A stretch of 64,000 nt of DNA from an uncultured Methanosarcinales archaeon (GTDB taxonomy: Archaea > Nanobdellota > Nanobdellia > Woesearchaeales > GW2011-AR9): NCBI GenBank assembly GCA_964498285.1, contig CAZCGN010000001.1, forward strand, positions 175,916 through 239,915. The letters run 5' to 3'. Below, piece after piece: positions 28,816 to 38,277 of the stretch. The notes below the pieces were generated by a model, which was given only the letters and a program-made list of their open reading frames with translations, was not told where the DNA came from and made no database searches. Made by a program: the position numbers and the translations under genes. Position 1 is the stretch's first letter; each line of letters begins with the position of its first letter.

Positions 28816-30435
28816 ATGACAAACCCAATGCAGCCGATATTTATCTTGCCTGAAGAGACAAAACAAAGTACAGGTAAATCAGCGCAGCAAAATAATATTG
28901 CAGCAGCATATGCTACAGCACAAGCTGTGCGCACAACGCTCGGTCCAAAAGGCATGGATAAGATGATTGTAACAAGTTCTGGTGAGACCATCATCACAAA
29001 TGACGGAGTTACAATTCTTAGAGAAATGAACATTGAACATCCTGCTGCAAAAATGCTTGTTGATGTTGCAAAAAACCAAGAACAAAATGTGGGAGATGGC
29101 ACAACTTCAGCAGTGATTCTTTCAGGAGAACTCCTCAAACAAGCTGAAAGCCTTCTGGATCTAAACATTCATCCAACAATGATTGCAAAAGGGTACCATC
29201 TTGCTGCACGCGAGGCACGCCACAATTTAAACATGATGGCAAGAGACATCTCAATTACAAATACTTCTCTTCTCAAGCAAATTGCGCTCACCGCAATGAC
29301 TGGAAAAGGTGCTGAGACCCATAAAGAGTTTTTAGCAGAGCTCGTAACAAAAGCAGTCACAACAATTGCTGTGCGAAAAGAGGGCGACACATACTCTGTC
29401 GAACTAGAAAATCTTAAACTTGAAAGTTGCGAACAAGAATCCGTAACAAAAAGCAAACTGGTACGAGGAATTGTTCTTGACAAGGAAAGAGTACACCCAC
29501 AAATGCCAACAATCTTGAAAAATCCTCAGATTGCACTTCTTAACACGCCACTTGAAATCCGCAACACAGAAATTGATGCAAAAATTCAAATCACAAGCCC
29601 GGATCAACTCACCTCTTTTCTTGAACAAGAAGAGCGAATGCTTCGATCCATGGTGGAACACATCAAGCAAAGTGGTGCAACTGTTGTAATTTCACAGAAA
29701 GGGATTGATGAGATCGCGCAACATTTTTTAGCAAGTTCCGGGATTCTTGCGGTGCGCAGAGTACGGAAAAGTGATATGGAAAAACTTAGCAAAGCAACTG
29801 GCGCTACAATCCTTAATTCATATAAAGATTTGAGCGCGCAACATTTGGGCTCAGCTGGACTAGTTGAAGAACGAAAACATAAAGATGAGAGTATGCTCTA
29901 TATCGAAGAGTGTCCTAATCCCAAAGCAATTACGTTACTTGTATGTGGGCCAACCGAGCATATCACTTCAGAAATTACCCGGTCTTGTGAAGATGCAATT
30001 GGTGATGTTGCAGCAACACTTCGGTGCGGCAAGGTTGTTGCAGGAGCTGGCGCAACAGAAATCTTGCTTGCAAAAGAACTGCAAAACTATGCACAAAAAT
30101 TGCATGGAAGAGAACAACTTGCAGTTAAGGCCTTTTCACAGGCGCTTGAAGTTATTCCAAGAACACTTGCAGAAAACGCCGGGATCGATCCTATAAATGT
30201 ATTAACCTCACTTAAGGCTTCACACTTAGAGTGGCCAGGAATCGATGTCTTTACTGGATCCATTATGAATGCATGGGATAAAGGGGTTATTGAACCACTA
30301 ACTATCAAAACACAAGCACTTGAAAATGCTGCACAAGTAGCGCAACTTTTGCTTAGAATTGATGATGTGATTGTAAGTGCGCAACACACACAAACAAATC
30401 CTCAGATGCCTCCGCCAGGCTCAATGATGCAATAG
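28816..30435 (+). CDS. ths: Thermosome subunit (group II chaperonin)
   Basis: [21 protein letters not shown] and ATP-binding motifs. 539 aa with C-terminal MMQ tail. Confidence 0.9.
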   Translation: MTNPMQPIFILPEETKQSTGKSAQQNNIAAAYATAQAVRTTLGPKGMDKMIVTSSGETIITNDGVTILREMNIEHPAAKMLVDVAKNQEQNVGDGTTSAVILSGELLKQAESLLDLNIHPTMIAKGYHLAAREARHNLNMMARDISITNTSLLKQIALTAMTGKGAETHKEFLAELVTKAVTTIAVRKEGDTYSVELENLKLESCEQESVTKSKLVRGIVLDKERVHPQMPTILKNPQIALLNTPLEIRNTEIDAKIQITSPDQLTSFLEQEERMLRSMVEHIKQSGATVVISQKGIDEIAQHFLASSGILAVRRVRKSDMEKLSKATGATILNSYKDLSAQHLGSAGLVEERKHKDESMLYIEECPNPKAITLLVCGPTEHITSEITRSCEDAIGDVAATLRCGKVVAGAGATEILLAKELQNYAQKLHGREQLAVKAFSQALEVIPRTLAENAGIDPINVLTSLKASHLEWPGIDVFTGSIMNAWDKGVIEPLTIKTQALENAAQVAQLLLRIDDVIVSAQHTQTNPQMPPPGSMMQ

Positions 30436-30645
30436 AGAGATTTGTTTCTTTTCATCAAAAGATTTTTATAGAATTCGTGGTTTCAGATACCTATGTCACA
30501 AGCTAGTAGAGTAAACGGAGATGATTGTATTCATCATCGAAGACCGACTTCTTACTAGCTTGAGCACTTCTCAAAACCAGGTTCTTTCTGCAGTTTCAAA
30601 AATGAAATTTTTGGAAGGTCTTAGAAATTTTAGGGATTTCCAAAA

Positions 30646-30658
30646 CCTTTTTAAAACA
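30646..30658 (+). promoter_or_regulatory. Putative archaeal TATA box for tRNA-His
   Basis: TTTTTAAAA centred about 30 nt upstream of the tRNA 5' end. Confidence 0.35.
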
Positions 30659-30682
30659 CCTAGCTGTAGAAGGTGCTATCTT

Positions 30683-30758
30683 GGCGACCGTCGTACAACG
30701 GTTAGTATACGAGACTGTGGATCTCGTGACGGGGGTTCAACTCCCCCCGGTCGCCCCA
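30683..30758 (+). tRNA. tRNA-His (anticodon GTG) with genomically encoded G-1 and 3' CCA
   Basis: Acceptor GCGACCG/CGGTCGC. D-arm GTAC-AACGGTTA-GTAT. Anticodon arm CGAGA-CTGTGGA-TCTCG with GTG at 34-36. T-arm GGGGG-TTCAACT-CCCCC. Discriminator C73 pairs with an extra G at -1 (30683). CCA at 30756-58. Confidence 0.85.
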
Positions 30759-30854
30759 TTTATTTCTTACGTATTTTACTGCATAGTTAGTTCTTCAGTA
30801 AAAACATAACAACAAGATATATAAACAAAAAAAGCTTAGGAGAAACTAACAAAA

Positions 30855-32147
30855 ATGGCACAGAAATTAAAAGTACAATCAGCAAAAGGTGTACGAGATA
30901 TCACTCCACAAACTAAAATACTCAAAAACCGAGTCGTTGCGACCCTACAAGAAGTCTTCGAACTCTATGGTTTTGCTCCACTAGAAAGTGCTCTTCTGCA
31001 ACGCTACGCAACCCTTTCTGCAAAATTTGCTGCAGGGGAAGAAAGTGATGCACTCAAAGAGATATTCAAACTAAGTGACCAAGGAAAGCGCAAGCTTGCA
31101 CTGAGGTTTGATTTAACAGTACCACTTGCAGCGTTCGTTGCGCAGAATCCCACAATGAAAATGCCGTTCAAACGCTATGAAGTTGGAAGAGTGTTTCGGG
31201 ATGGACCAATCAAGCTTGGAAGATACAGAGAATTTACACAGATGGATATTGATACGGTAGGAACCTCCAGTATGCTTGCTGATGCTGAAATTCTTGCTAT
31301 GACACAATCAGTATTTGATAAACTCAAATTTAATATTATCATCAAAGTAAATAATCGAAAACTTCTCAGCGGTATTCTAGAACAATGCTCGATCGATAAA
31401 AAAGAAGAAGCAATTATCTCTATTGATAAGCTCGATAAGATTGGCAAAAAAGGTGTTACACAAGAGCTCAAAGAGAAAGGGTACACACAAAAACAGGTTG
31501 ATCAGGTATTTACGCTCGTAAAAGAAGGCATAACTCTTAAAGAGCTCACAAAGAAGGTGACTGATCCGGAAGGTATTGAAGGTCTTAAGGAACTTGAAGA
31601 ACTGTTTGGATACCTTAAGAATATGGGTATTAAAAAGGCACAGTTTGATGTATCTTTAGCACGTGGTCTTGCATATTATACTGGAACAGCGTTTGAAGTA
31701 TTTTTCAAAAGCAAAAAGCCAATTTCATCATCTCTTGCAGGGGGCGGGAGATACGATAAAATGGTTGGAGATTTTGTAGGTGGAGGAAGAACCATTCCTG
31801 CCGTAGGTATATCGTTTGGCGTAGCACCCATTATGGATGCTATAAAAATCCAAGAGAAGAAGCAAGCCAAGACTCCTGCAAAAGTGTATGTTATTCCAAT
31901 CAACACAACGGTTGAGTCATTAAAAATTGCACAAGAGTTACGTGAAGGAAAAATTCCAACTAGTTTTGCTATGGGCAAGAAAGGTGTTTCTAAGAACTTG
32001 GAGTATGCAAGTAGTTTAGGAATTGAATATGTTGCAATCATTGGCGAAAAAGAACTGAGTAAAAAGAAAGTTCTTCTGCGTAACATGCTTGATGGAAACG
32101 AAGAATTGCTAAGTTGCGCGCAAGTAATTAAGAAACTGGGAAAATGA
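30855..32147 (+). CDS. hisS: Histidyl-tRNA synthetase
   Basis: Class II motifs (ALRFDLTVPLA, FRDGPIKLGRYREFTQMD, GGGRYDKMV) and C-terminal anticodon-binding domain. 430 aa. Confidence 0.9.
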   Translation: MAQKLKVQSAKGVRDITPQTKILKNRVVATLQEVFELYGFAPLESALLQRYATLSAKFAAGEESDALKEIFKLSDQGKRKLALRFDLTVPLAAFVAQNPTMKMPFKRYEVGRVFRDGPIKLGRYREFTQMDIDTVGTSSMLADAEILAMTQSVFDKLKFNIIIKVNNRKLLSGILEQCSIDKKEEAIISIDKLDKIGKKGVTQELKEKGYTQKQVDQVFTLVKEGITLKELTKKVTDPEGIEGLKELEELFGYLKNMGIKKAQFDVSLARGLAYYTGTAFEVFFKSKKPISSSLAGGGRYDKMVGDFVGGGRTIPAVGISFGVAPIMDAIKIQEKKQAKTPAKVYVIPINTTVESLKIAQELREGKIPTSFAMGKKGVSKNLEYASSLGIEYVAIIGEKELSKKKVLLRNMLDGNEELLSCAQVIKKLGK

Positions 32148-32311
32148 ACGAGAAAGCTGTTAAGATTTTAGGAAGCCTTGTAATGATTATTGTACTTCTT
32201 AATTTGGTACTGTTTGCGTTACGAAAGATTAATCAAACTATTTTTTGGGGCGTTATTATTTTCGGTGCTGTGTTTGCATATGTTGTTCTGCCAAGGTTGA
32301 AGAAGAGTTAA
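32144..32311 (+). CDS. Possible 55-aa two-helix membrane protein overlapping hisS stop
   Basis: ATGA overlap with the hisS stop. Translation MNEKAVKILGSLVMIIVLLNLVLFALRKINQTIFWGVIIFGAVFAYVVLPRLKKS. Below the ORF-track size cut-off. Confidence 0.25.
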   Translation: MNEKAVKILGSLVMIIVLLNLVLFALRKINQTIFWGVIIFGAVFAYVVLPRLKKS

Positions 32312-34377
32312 AGAATTTTGACAGCTTGTTCTCCTCGTTTCGGCCTTCCATCTTTGTCTTGTACTTGAGCATGAACTGCAACCCAACCCTTAGGCAAGTC
32401 TTCCATTTTTAGTTTAAACCCCTTTAAGGTTATCCTTCCTGTACTTTGAGAAGTGCTTCTCTTTTGCTTTGGGTTAGCAAATACTTGTTCCCCATTCGGC
32501 TTAACATAATACGCGATTACTTTGTATGGTGGGTTTGGTGTTTCATACCGGAAAGAAACCCTAACTGTCACAACATCATTAAGATACACATCGGTTTTAT
32601 CGAATCCAACATCTACATTATAATCAATTTTTCGCCCAGGTGGATTAGGGGGGACTGGAGGGTCTGGTGGCGGAACAGGCGGATCCGGTTGAGGCCCGGG
32701 ACCACCGCCACCTTCTGCTTTGGCCTTAGCTTTTGCTTCCAATTGAGCTATATTAGCTAACATAATTTCAATCTTCTCAAGATTCTCAAAGAGATGTATT
32801 GCAGGAGGGTTAATTATGATAGTTCTTTCTTCTTCTCTTTTAAGTTCGCGAACTAAATCCATTAAGAGTTCTAATCGCATCCGTAAGTCTTGAACTGAAA
32901 TTTCTTTTGCGCACTCTAACTTGAGAACGTCCACACTCGTCTTCAGATCTTTTAGTGTCCCATGAGTCGCTGCAAAGCCTTCATTAACATACCTTCTTAT
33001 TTCATCTATTCTTCTCGCTTCCGCCTCTAGTTCTGCTAAGATTTTCCTTGTTTGAGCTTCAGCTTCAGCCCGAAGTGCTCTTGTCTGAGCTTCAATCTCG
33101 GAACTGACATGCGTTTTAACATCCAAACTAGATCTTCTTGCCTCCTCAGCAAGTCTTTGTTCAGCTTCTCGTATTTCCTTTTTGATATCCCTTTCTGCAC
33201 CCTCAAGTCTTTCAATAAGAAGATTAAAACCTTGATCAAACCTTCTTCTAATTCTTCTACGTGTTTCTTCTGCAAGCTCGACAGCTACTCTTCGAACTTC
33301 TCTGATTTCATCTCTGTTAAGAATTATTTCTCTTCTATTCTCCAGGGTTGTTTCATTATTACGGTCAACTTTTGCTTCAATGTCATTAAGCTGTCCTGCA
33401 AGTGGTCCGATCCGACTGGTAAACTCACCTTCTAAATCTTCAAAACGTAGTGCTAATGCTGCGATCGCTTCAAGAATTTCATTTAATTGCTCATCATTTG
33501 GAGGTGGAACTGGTGGATTAGGAGGTACTGGGGGGTTAGGGGGAACAGGAGGATTGGGTGGCACTGGCGGATTAGGAGGTACAGGGGGGTTTGGAGGTAC
33601 TGGTGGAACCGGTGGATTAGGGGGGACAGGTGGATCGGGACCTGGCGGTGGAGGATTGGGCCTTGGTGGTAGAGGGCCTGGAGGATTCGGGTTTTTTCTT
33701 CTATCTTGCCTGAATCTCTCTACTAAGTCTGCAATTGCAGCAGGATCTAACCCATCTGAGCTGCCACCACAAGTGAGCAAACGAATCAAATAGTAAATGA
33801 GTAACAAAGTGGCAATCAAAACCTGCCACTCAATAAAATCATCAACTGCAGAAAAGACAGCGCCAGGATTGACCAACTGCGTTAAATGAAACTGCATGGC
33901 AGCAACGACCCATAAAAAAATCAAAGCGATCAAAGATTTCAAAGCATACATGGGGCAACTTGTCCCCATAGCATTCAATAAAAAGACCAAACCAACCAAA
34001 GGAAGAGCAACAAGAGCTAAACCAACAACAGTTGCAAAACCAGCACCTGCAGCTAGCAACACAGGAACTGGCAAGAAAATTGCAGAAATGGTAGCTATTA
34101 TACCAGTTATGATCAAACGCTGGTTACGAGAAAAAATGTTACTAAGCAAGCGAGATACACCAAACAAAATAGCGAACACTAAAAGCCAAACCAAAAGGCG
34201 AGTGAATGCGTCCAAAGAACTAGTACCAACACCCAAATAACTCAAACCAGCAACATATAAAATCCTACTCCAAACATTCTGTAAAGTCTGAGTCAAAGTG
34301 GCACCATGGACTAGAGGAAAGGAAAGGAGAATACCAACTAGCCACACACCTCTTACAATACGTTTCATGCTAACCAA
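32308..34377 (-). CDS. Large membrane/surface protein: membrane module A + proline-rich repeats + coiled coil + C-terminal beta-rich domain
   Basis: N-terminus paralogous to 22416-22997 (FTRLLVWLLVFAILF; IITGIIATISAIFLPVPVLLAAGAGFATVVGLALV). (PNPPVP)n array, long charged coiled coil, second Pro-rich stretch, then ~110-aa beta-sandwich-like domain. Confidence 0.5.
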   Translation of the reverse strand: MVSMKRIVRGVWLVGILLSFPLVHGATLTQTLQNVWSRILYVAGLSYLGVGTSSLDAFTRLLVWLLVFAILFGVSRLLSNIFSRNQRLIITGIIATISAIFLPVPVLLAAGAGFATVVGLALVALPLVGLVFLLNAMGTSCPMYALKSLIALIFLWVVAAMQFHLTQLVNPGAVFSAVDDFIEWQVLIATLLLIYYLIRLLTCGGSSDGLDPAAIADLVERFRQDRRKNPNPPGPLPPRPNPPPPGPDPPVPPNPPVPPVPPNPPVPPNPPVPPNPPVPPNPPVPPNPPVPPPNDEQLNEILEAIAALALRFEDLEGEFTSRIGPLAGQLNDIEAKVDRNNETTLENRREIILNRDEIREVRRVAVELAEETRRRIRRRFDQGFNLLIERLEGAERDIKKEIREAEQRLAEEARRSSLDVKTHVSSEIEAQTRALRAEAEAQTRKILAELEAEARRIDEIRRYVNEGFAATHGTLKDLKTSVDVLKLECAKEISVQDLRMRLELLMDLVRELKREEERTIIINPPAIHLFENLEKIEIMLANIAQLEAKAKAKAEGGGGPGPQPDPPVPPPDPPVPPNPPGRKIDYNVDVGFDKTDVYLNDVVTVRVSFRYETPNPPYKVIAYYVKPNGEQVFANPKQKRSTSQSTGRITLKGFKLKMEDLPKGWVAVHAQVQDKDGRPKRGEQAVKIL
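33500..33695 (-). repeat. Imperfect 18-nt tandem repeats encoding (PNPPVP)n
   Basis: GGNGGNACNGGNGGATTAGG-type units repeated about 9 times on the + strand. Confidence 0.6.
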
Positions 34378-34454
34378 ACTAAAGAATTAGAGTATATAAA
34401 GATTTACGTATACTTAACGCCTAAAAATACATCATTTTCAAACAAGAAATAGCC

Positions 34455-35369
34455 TTACCAACTATCATCTTCGTGACGAGTATACACTTCAGTCTTATCT
34501 CCGACAACCATTGAATGCTCAAATTGGGCAATACGCTTACTTGAAACATCAACAAGAGGAGGGTAAGAAGTGATTATTTTTGAGCGTAACAACTCACGCA
34601 ATCCTAATTTTGCGGTCCCCGAACCAAACTTGCGCGTAAGCCAACGTGTCGTAAAGGGCAATCCATTCAAGCTTTTAACATATTCCAATATTTTTTTTGC
34701 GTGGGGCGTGCGAACTCCCCTATCTGCACTCTGCATAAAGATGGTTGCTGGCTGTTTTTCTTTGACAAGCCCATGACCCGATGTTATGAACGGCTCGATT
34801 GCAATTTGCCATCCTGCTTGCAGTTCAGTTTTATCTTTACTATTAAATGTAGGAATAGAAACACCACCATGTACCTTGTATTGATCTATAGTATGGCCTG
34901 AAAGATTCTTAATTGTTGTAAACCCTAACGCTTCTGCTTCGCTTAACTGCGCTTCTCCTAATTCCCAAAGCTGGCACCCCGGCTTCACAAGCTTAATTGC
35001 GGAGCGTAAAGCATTTTTGGATGCTTTGATCAAATCAGAATATTCAGTTGATTTCCCAACTTCTACTGTCTGAGCATTATCAGCAATCCATCCGTCAAGA
35101 TGAACGCCAATATCAATTTTAATAACATCACCTTCATGACTCATGCCAGTATCATCATCTTGTGGACAAAAATGTGCCGCTGCATCGTTCACTGCCATTT
35201 GCGCCCAGGCAACTTGCCCACCTAACTGTTGAATTCTCTCCTCACAAAAATCCATTACTGACAAAAACGAAGCGCCAGGAACTTTCAGTTTTGCAGCACC
35301 TTCCCTGCGAACTTGTGCTGCAACTTTTCCTGCCTTTCGTATTTTTTGAAGAGTTTCTGCATCAATCAT
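34455..35369 (-). CDS. map: Methionine aminopeptidase, type 2 (archaeal)
   Basis: M24 pita-bread fold with metal ligands (DIGVHLDGWIADNAQT, HGGVSIPTF, IAIEPF). 304 aa. Confidence 0.85.
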   Translation of the reverse strand: MIDAETLQKIRKAGKVAAQVRREGAAKLKVPGASFLSVMDFCEERIQQLGGQVAWAQMAVNDAAAHFCPQDDDTGMSHEGDVIKIDIGVHLDGWIADNAQTVEVGKSTEYSDLIKASKNALRSAIKLVKPGCQLWELGEAQLSEAEALGFTTIKNLSGHTIDQYKVHGGVSIPTFNSKDKTELQAGWQIAIEPFITSGHGLVKEKQPATIFMQSADRGVRTPHAKKILEYVKSLNGLPFTTRWLTRKFGSGTAKLGLRELLRSKIITSYPPLVDVSSKRIAQFEHSMVVGDKTEVYTRHEDDSW

Positions 35370-35441
35370 AGAATGAAAAGAGCAAAAAGAATGTTATAAA
35401 TGTTTGGATGATAGAAAGGAGGGATACCATTTTCAGAAAGT

Positions 35442-36122
35442 CTAAAGTTGTTCTATAAGTTCTAAAGTGATTTCATCAAAACCATGAACTATCTTGTCTG
35501 CAAATTCTAAATCACTAGTAGAATTTCTCCCATTCAAAATCCCTATGACCTTCATTCCTGCGCGTGTTGCTGCAAGAACACCTGAACTAGAATCTTCAAT
35601 GACAACACATTCTTCTGGTGAAACATCAAGCATCTTTGCTGTTTTAAGATATATGTCCGGATGTGGCTTTCCGTTCTTAATAGCTTCTCCGGCATGAATT
35701 ATTTGAAAATATTTTTTTAGATCTATTGTTCTGAGAATACTATCTACCCCCATAAAAGAAGAACTAGAAGCAAGGCCCAAGGTATAATTCTGAGTATACA
35801 AGAATTCAATTAATCTACAGGATCCAGATATGGCTGATACCTTCCCTTGAACGATTGAACCAACTAGATTTGCTTTGCGTCGAATCAGAGCATCCGAATC
35901 AGCCTGTACATTGAAATCCTGCAATACTAATGCTGTCGAAAGAGATCCATGTTTGCCACAAATCCGCGAGTAGTAATATTTCTCATCGATCTCTATTCCT
36001 AATTCACTATACGCTAGGATCCATGCTTTGCAATGAAATGGTTCAGAATCAACAAGAACACCATCCATATCGAATATTATTGTTTTTTTTGCGCCCATCT
36101 TTTGCCTTATTTCATCCCCCAC
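35442..36122 (-). CDS. HAD-IA family hydrolase / beta-phosphoglucomutase-like
   Basis: Motif I IIFDMDGVLVDSEP, with motif II/III spacing typical of the beta-PGM subfamily. Confidence 0.65.
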   Translation of the reverse strand: MGDEIRQKMGAKKTIIFDMDGVLVDSEPFHCKAWILAYSELGIEIDEKYYYSRICGKHGSLSTALVLQDFNVQADSDALIRRKANLVGSIVQGKVSAISGSCRLIEFLYTQNYTLGLASSSSFMGVDSILRTIDLKKYFQIIHAGEAIKNGKPHPDIYLKTAKMLDVSPEECVVIEDSSSGVLAATRAGMKVIGILNGRNSTSDLEFADKIVHGFDEITLELIEQL

Positions 36123-37261
36123 TAATTTTTTATGGGCAGATCTACCGTTTCAAGAACATGTCCTTTCGAAGAAACGTTATACGGAATTAATTTGAAGTGA
36201 GGAGTTAGTCTACTTCGTAGAGCAATAAGATCTTCTGGGTTCGCTGCATACACCATGACTGATCCGCCGCCGCCGCCCAAAGGAAAACAAACTGCGTTAT
36301 AGTTTTGACATTCTTCGTAGATTTTCCACGCAGCAGAGCTCATATAATCATTACATAATTGTGTACGAATCTTTCTATACTCTTCAATTGGTTCAGAAAG
36401 TGCTGTCCAATTCTTAGTTCGAATAGCTTCACGATACTTGTATGCTAAAATTGGTTTTTTGCTATGAAGAAGGAATCCTGCCTTACGTTGAAGTTCTTCA
36501 CGCCATTTTACGTTAACATCACTACTATGCCGCTGAATACAAAAGTATACGTCCATCCTTTTTTCGAGCTCAGCATAATCAGAAGGAGAAAGTAATTCCA
36601 TGCGAGTCGATGAACCATAAAAATTCTCTTCTCCAGGAATTCCAAAAGGATGCCAGATATAATCTCTTATGCCACCATACATGACACAACTCTGTTCTTG
36701 CGTTCCTGTAAGACTTATTCCAAAATCTTGTTCCATCATTGAGGCCATACCAATTAGTTGAGTTTTAGAAAATGGTCTCCCACTTAGCTCATTAGCAAGA
36801 AGACACACGCCAGTTGTTACCGCTGCACTTCCCCCAAGACCCGCAGATTTGAGGGCTGGATGCTTATTTTGAATAGTAAACTTCACGCCATCTAAATCAA
36901 ACACTTTCATTATTCTTAGTAACCAGTTTTCTTTAATAGGAGGAATAAGATCCTTATCAAAGGTATAACAAAAACCATAATCTACCGATTCCACACACAA
37001 CTTCCCACGCTCAATTGGTTGAGCAAAAATTTCAATCCCTACATCAATACAAATTCCAACTGTTCGAGGGAGGTTACGTGACCAGAAAGCACACTCCTCA
37101 CCCTCTTGAGTAGGCGATTTCCCAGATATACTTGAAAAGGTTTGCTGCCAAAGTCTAAGATCTAAGCTTGAACCGGGACCGTCTATGCGCAAAAAAACTG
37201 TAAGTTTTCGACGCTTTCCGGAAAGTTCCAATTCTTGTAGAATATCATGAGCATCCATCAA
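36122..37261 (-). CDS. GHMP-family sugar kinase
   Basis: GHMP motif KSAGLGGSAAVTTGVCLL and C-terminal glycine-rich PLGGGGGSVMVY. Stop overlaps the HAD start. Confidence 0.65.
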   Translation of the reverse strand: MMDAHDILQELELSGKRRKLTVFLRIDGPGSSLDLRLWQQTFSSISGKSPTQEGEECAFWSRNLPRTVGICIDVGIEIFAQPIERGKLCVESVDYGFCYTFDKDLIPPIKENWLLRIMKVFDLDGVKFTIQNKHPALKSAGLGGSAAVTTGVCLLANELSGRPFSKTQLIGMASMMEQDFGISLTGTQEQSCVMYGGIRDYIWHPFGIPGEENFYGSSTRMELLSPSDYAELEKRMDVYFCIQRHSSDVNVKWREELQRKAGFLLHSKKPILAYKYREAIRTKNWTALSEPIEEYRKIRTQLCNDYMSSAAWKIYEECQNYNAVCFPLGGGGGSVMVYAANPEDLIALRSRLTPHFKLIPYNVSSKGHVLETVDLPIKN

Positions 37262-37311
37262 GAGATCGGAGTACTGTTTGTTTTTAAACTATTATGAAAA
37301 ACTGATCGCAA

Positions 37312-37323
37312 TCTTTATAAATG
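37312..37323 (+). promoter_or_regulatory. Putative TATA box for 5S rRNA
   Basis: CTTTATAAATGG about 25 nt upstream of the 5S 5' end. Confidence 0.35.
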
Positions 37324-37341
37324 GGTGAAAAAGTTGCAATA

Positions 37342-37455
37342 CCGGACGGTCATAGGGATGTGGTTCACCTGTTCCCATTTCGAACACAGAAGTTAAACAC
37401 GTTTCCGTATTGCCTGGTACTATACTTATGTATGGGAAGAGTGGTAAGCTGTCCT
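37342..37455 (+). rRNA. rrf: 5S ribosomal RNA (stand-alone gene)
   Basis: GGACGGTCATAGGGATGTGGTTCACCTGTTCCCATTTCGAACACAGAAGTTAAACACG...TATGGGAAGAGTGGTAAGCTGTCC. Conserved CCCAUxxCGAACACxGAAGUUAA core. 5' GGACGGU pairs with 3' GCUGUCC. Followed by a T6 archaeal terminator. Confidence 0.75.
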
Positions 37456-37530
37456 TTTTTCTTACTTAACTTTCCATAAGGTTTTTAACTGTATCCTCAA
37501 GTATCTAGTAGCTTATTGAGGTGAAGTTAC

Positions 37531-38277
37531 GTGAAATGTATTATTCCTTGTGCTGGTTACGCGACAAGACTCTATCCTTTAACAAAAGATAGACCAAAAG
37601 CTCTTCTGGATGTGCAAGGAAAACCCATATTAAATCATATCATTGCAAAGATTCAACAAATTGATGAGATTGATGAGATTTTTATTGTAAGTAATGAAAG
37701 ATTCTATAAACACTTTGATAGTTGGCTTAAAACAATTGACTGTTCAATACCAATCAGACTTATTAATGACCATACGAACTCTAACGAAGATAGACTTGGT
37801 CAAATTGGAGACATTAATCTCGCGCTCAAAGAGATGAGTGAGCCCACAGACATGCTTTTTATTTCAGGGGATAACCTCTTCAACTTTTCACTCAAAAAGC
37901 TGCATACATTTTTCAAAGAAAACAACGAATTCACTAATGGATTATACGATACAAAATCCTTTGAAGTTGCCCGAAACCTAGGTGTTGCAACTATGGATAC
38001 AAGTGGCAAGATTATTTCGTTCGAAGAAAAGCCGCAAAACCCAAAATCGACCCTCGTTTCATTAGGGATTTATTTTTTGCCCAAAAAACATTTTCACCTG
38101 ATGCAAAAATATCTTGCTTTAGGAAATAAGCCAGACAAAATTGGATATTTTCTAGTATGGCTTCTAGAAAATTATTGTTTATATGGCTTTGCCTATGAAG
38201 AAAAATGGTTTGATATTGGTTGGCAAGCGTCACTTGAGGAAGCGAGACAAGAGTTTGTTTGGAAGGATGAAAAATGA
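37531..38277 (+). CDS. Sugar-1-phosphate nucleotidyltransferase
   Basis: N-terminal MKCIIPCAGYATRLYPLTKDRPKALL (G-x-G-T-R-L motif), GT-A-like NTP_transferase fold. 248 aa. Confidence 0.75.
   Translation: MKCIIPCAGYATRLYPLTKDRPKALLDVQGKPILNHIIAKIQQIDEIDEIFIVSNERFYKHFDSWLKTIDCSIPIRLINDHTNSNEDRLGQIGDINLALKEMSEPTDMLFISGDNLFNFSLKKLHTFFKENNEFTNGLYDTKSFEVARNLGVATMDTSGKIISFEEKPQNPKSTLVSLGIYFLPKKHFHLMQKYLALGNKPDKIGYFLVWLLENYCLYGFAYEEKWFDIGWQASLEEARQEFVWKDEK

Noticed and set aside
33380-33793. Gly-rich ORF (GGTGGLGG...) and a second ORF at 33487-33672 on the + strand
   Set aside because: They are the antisense and alternate-frame readings of the Pro-rich repeat region of the 689-aa minus-strand gene. 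The repeat periodicity creates spurious open frames.
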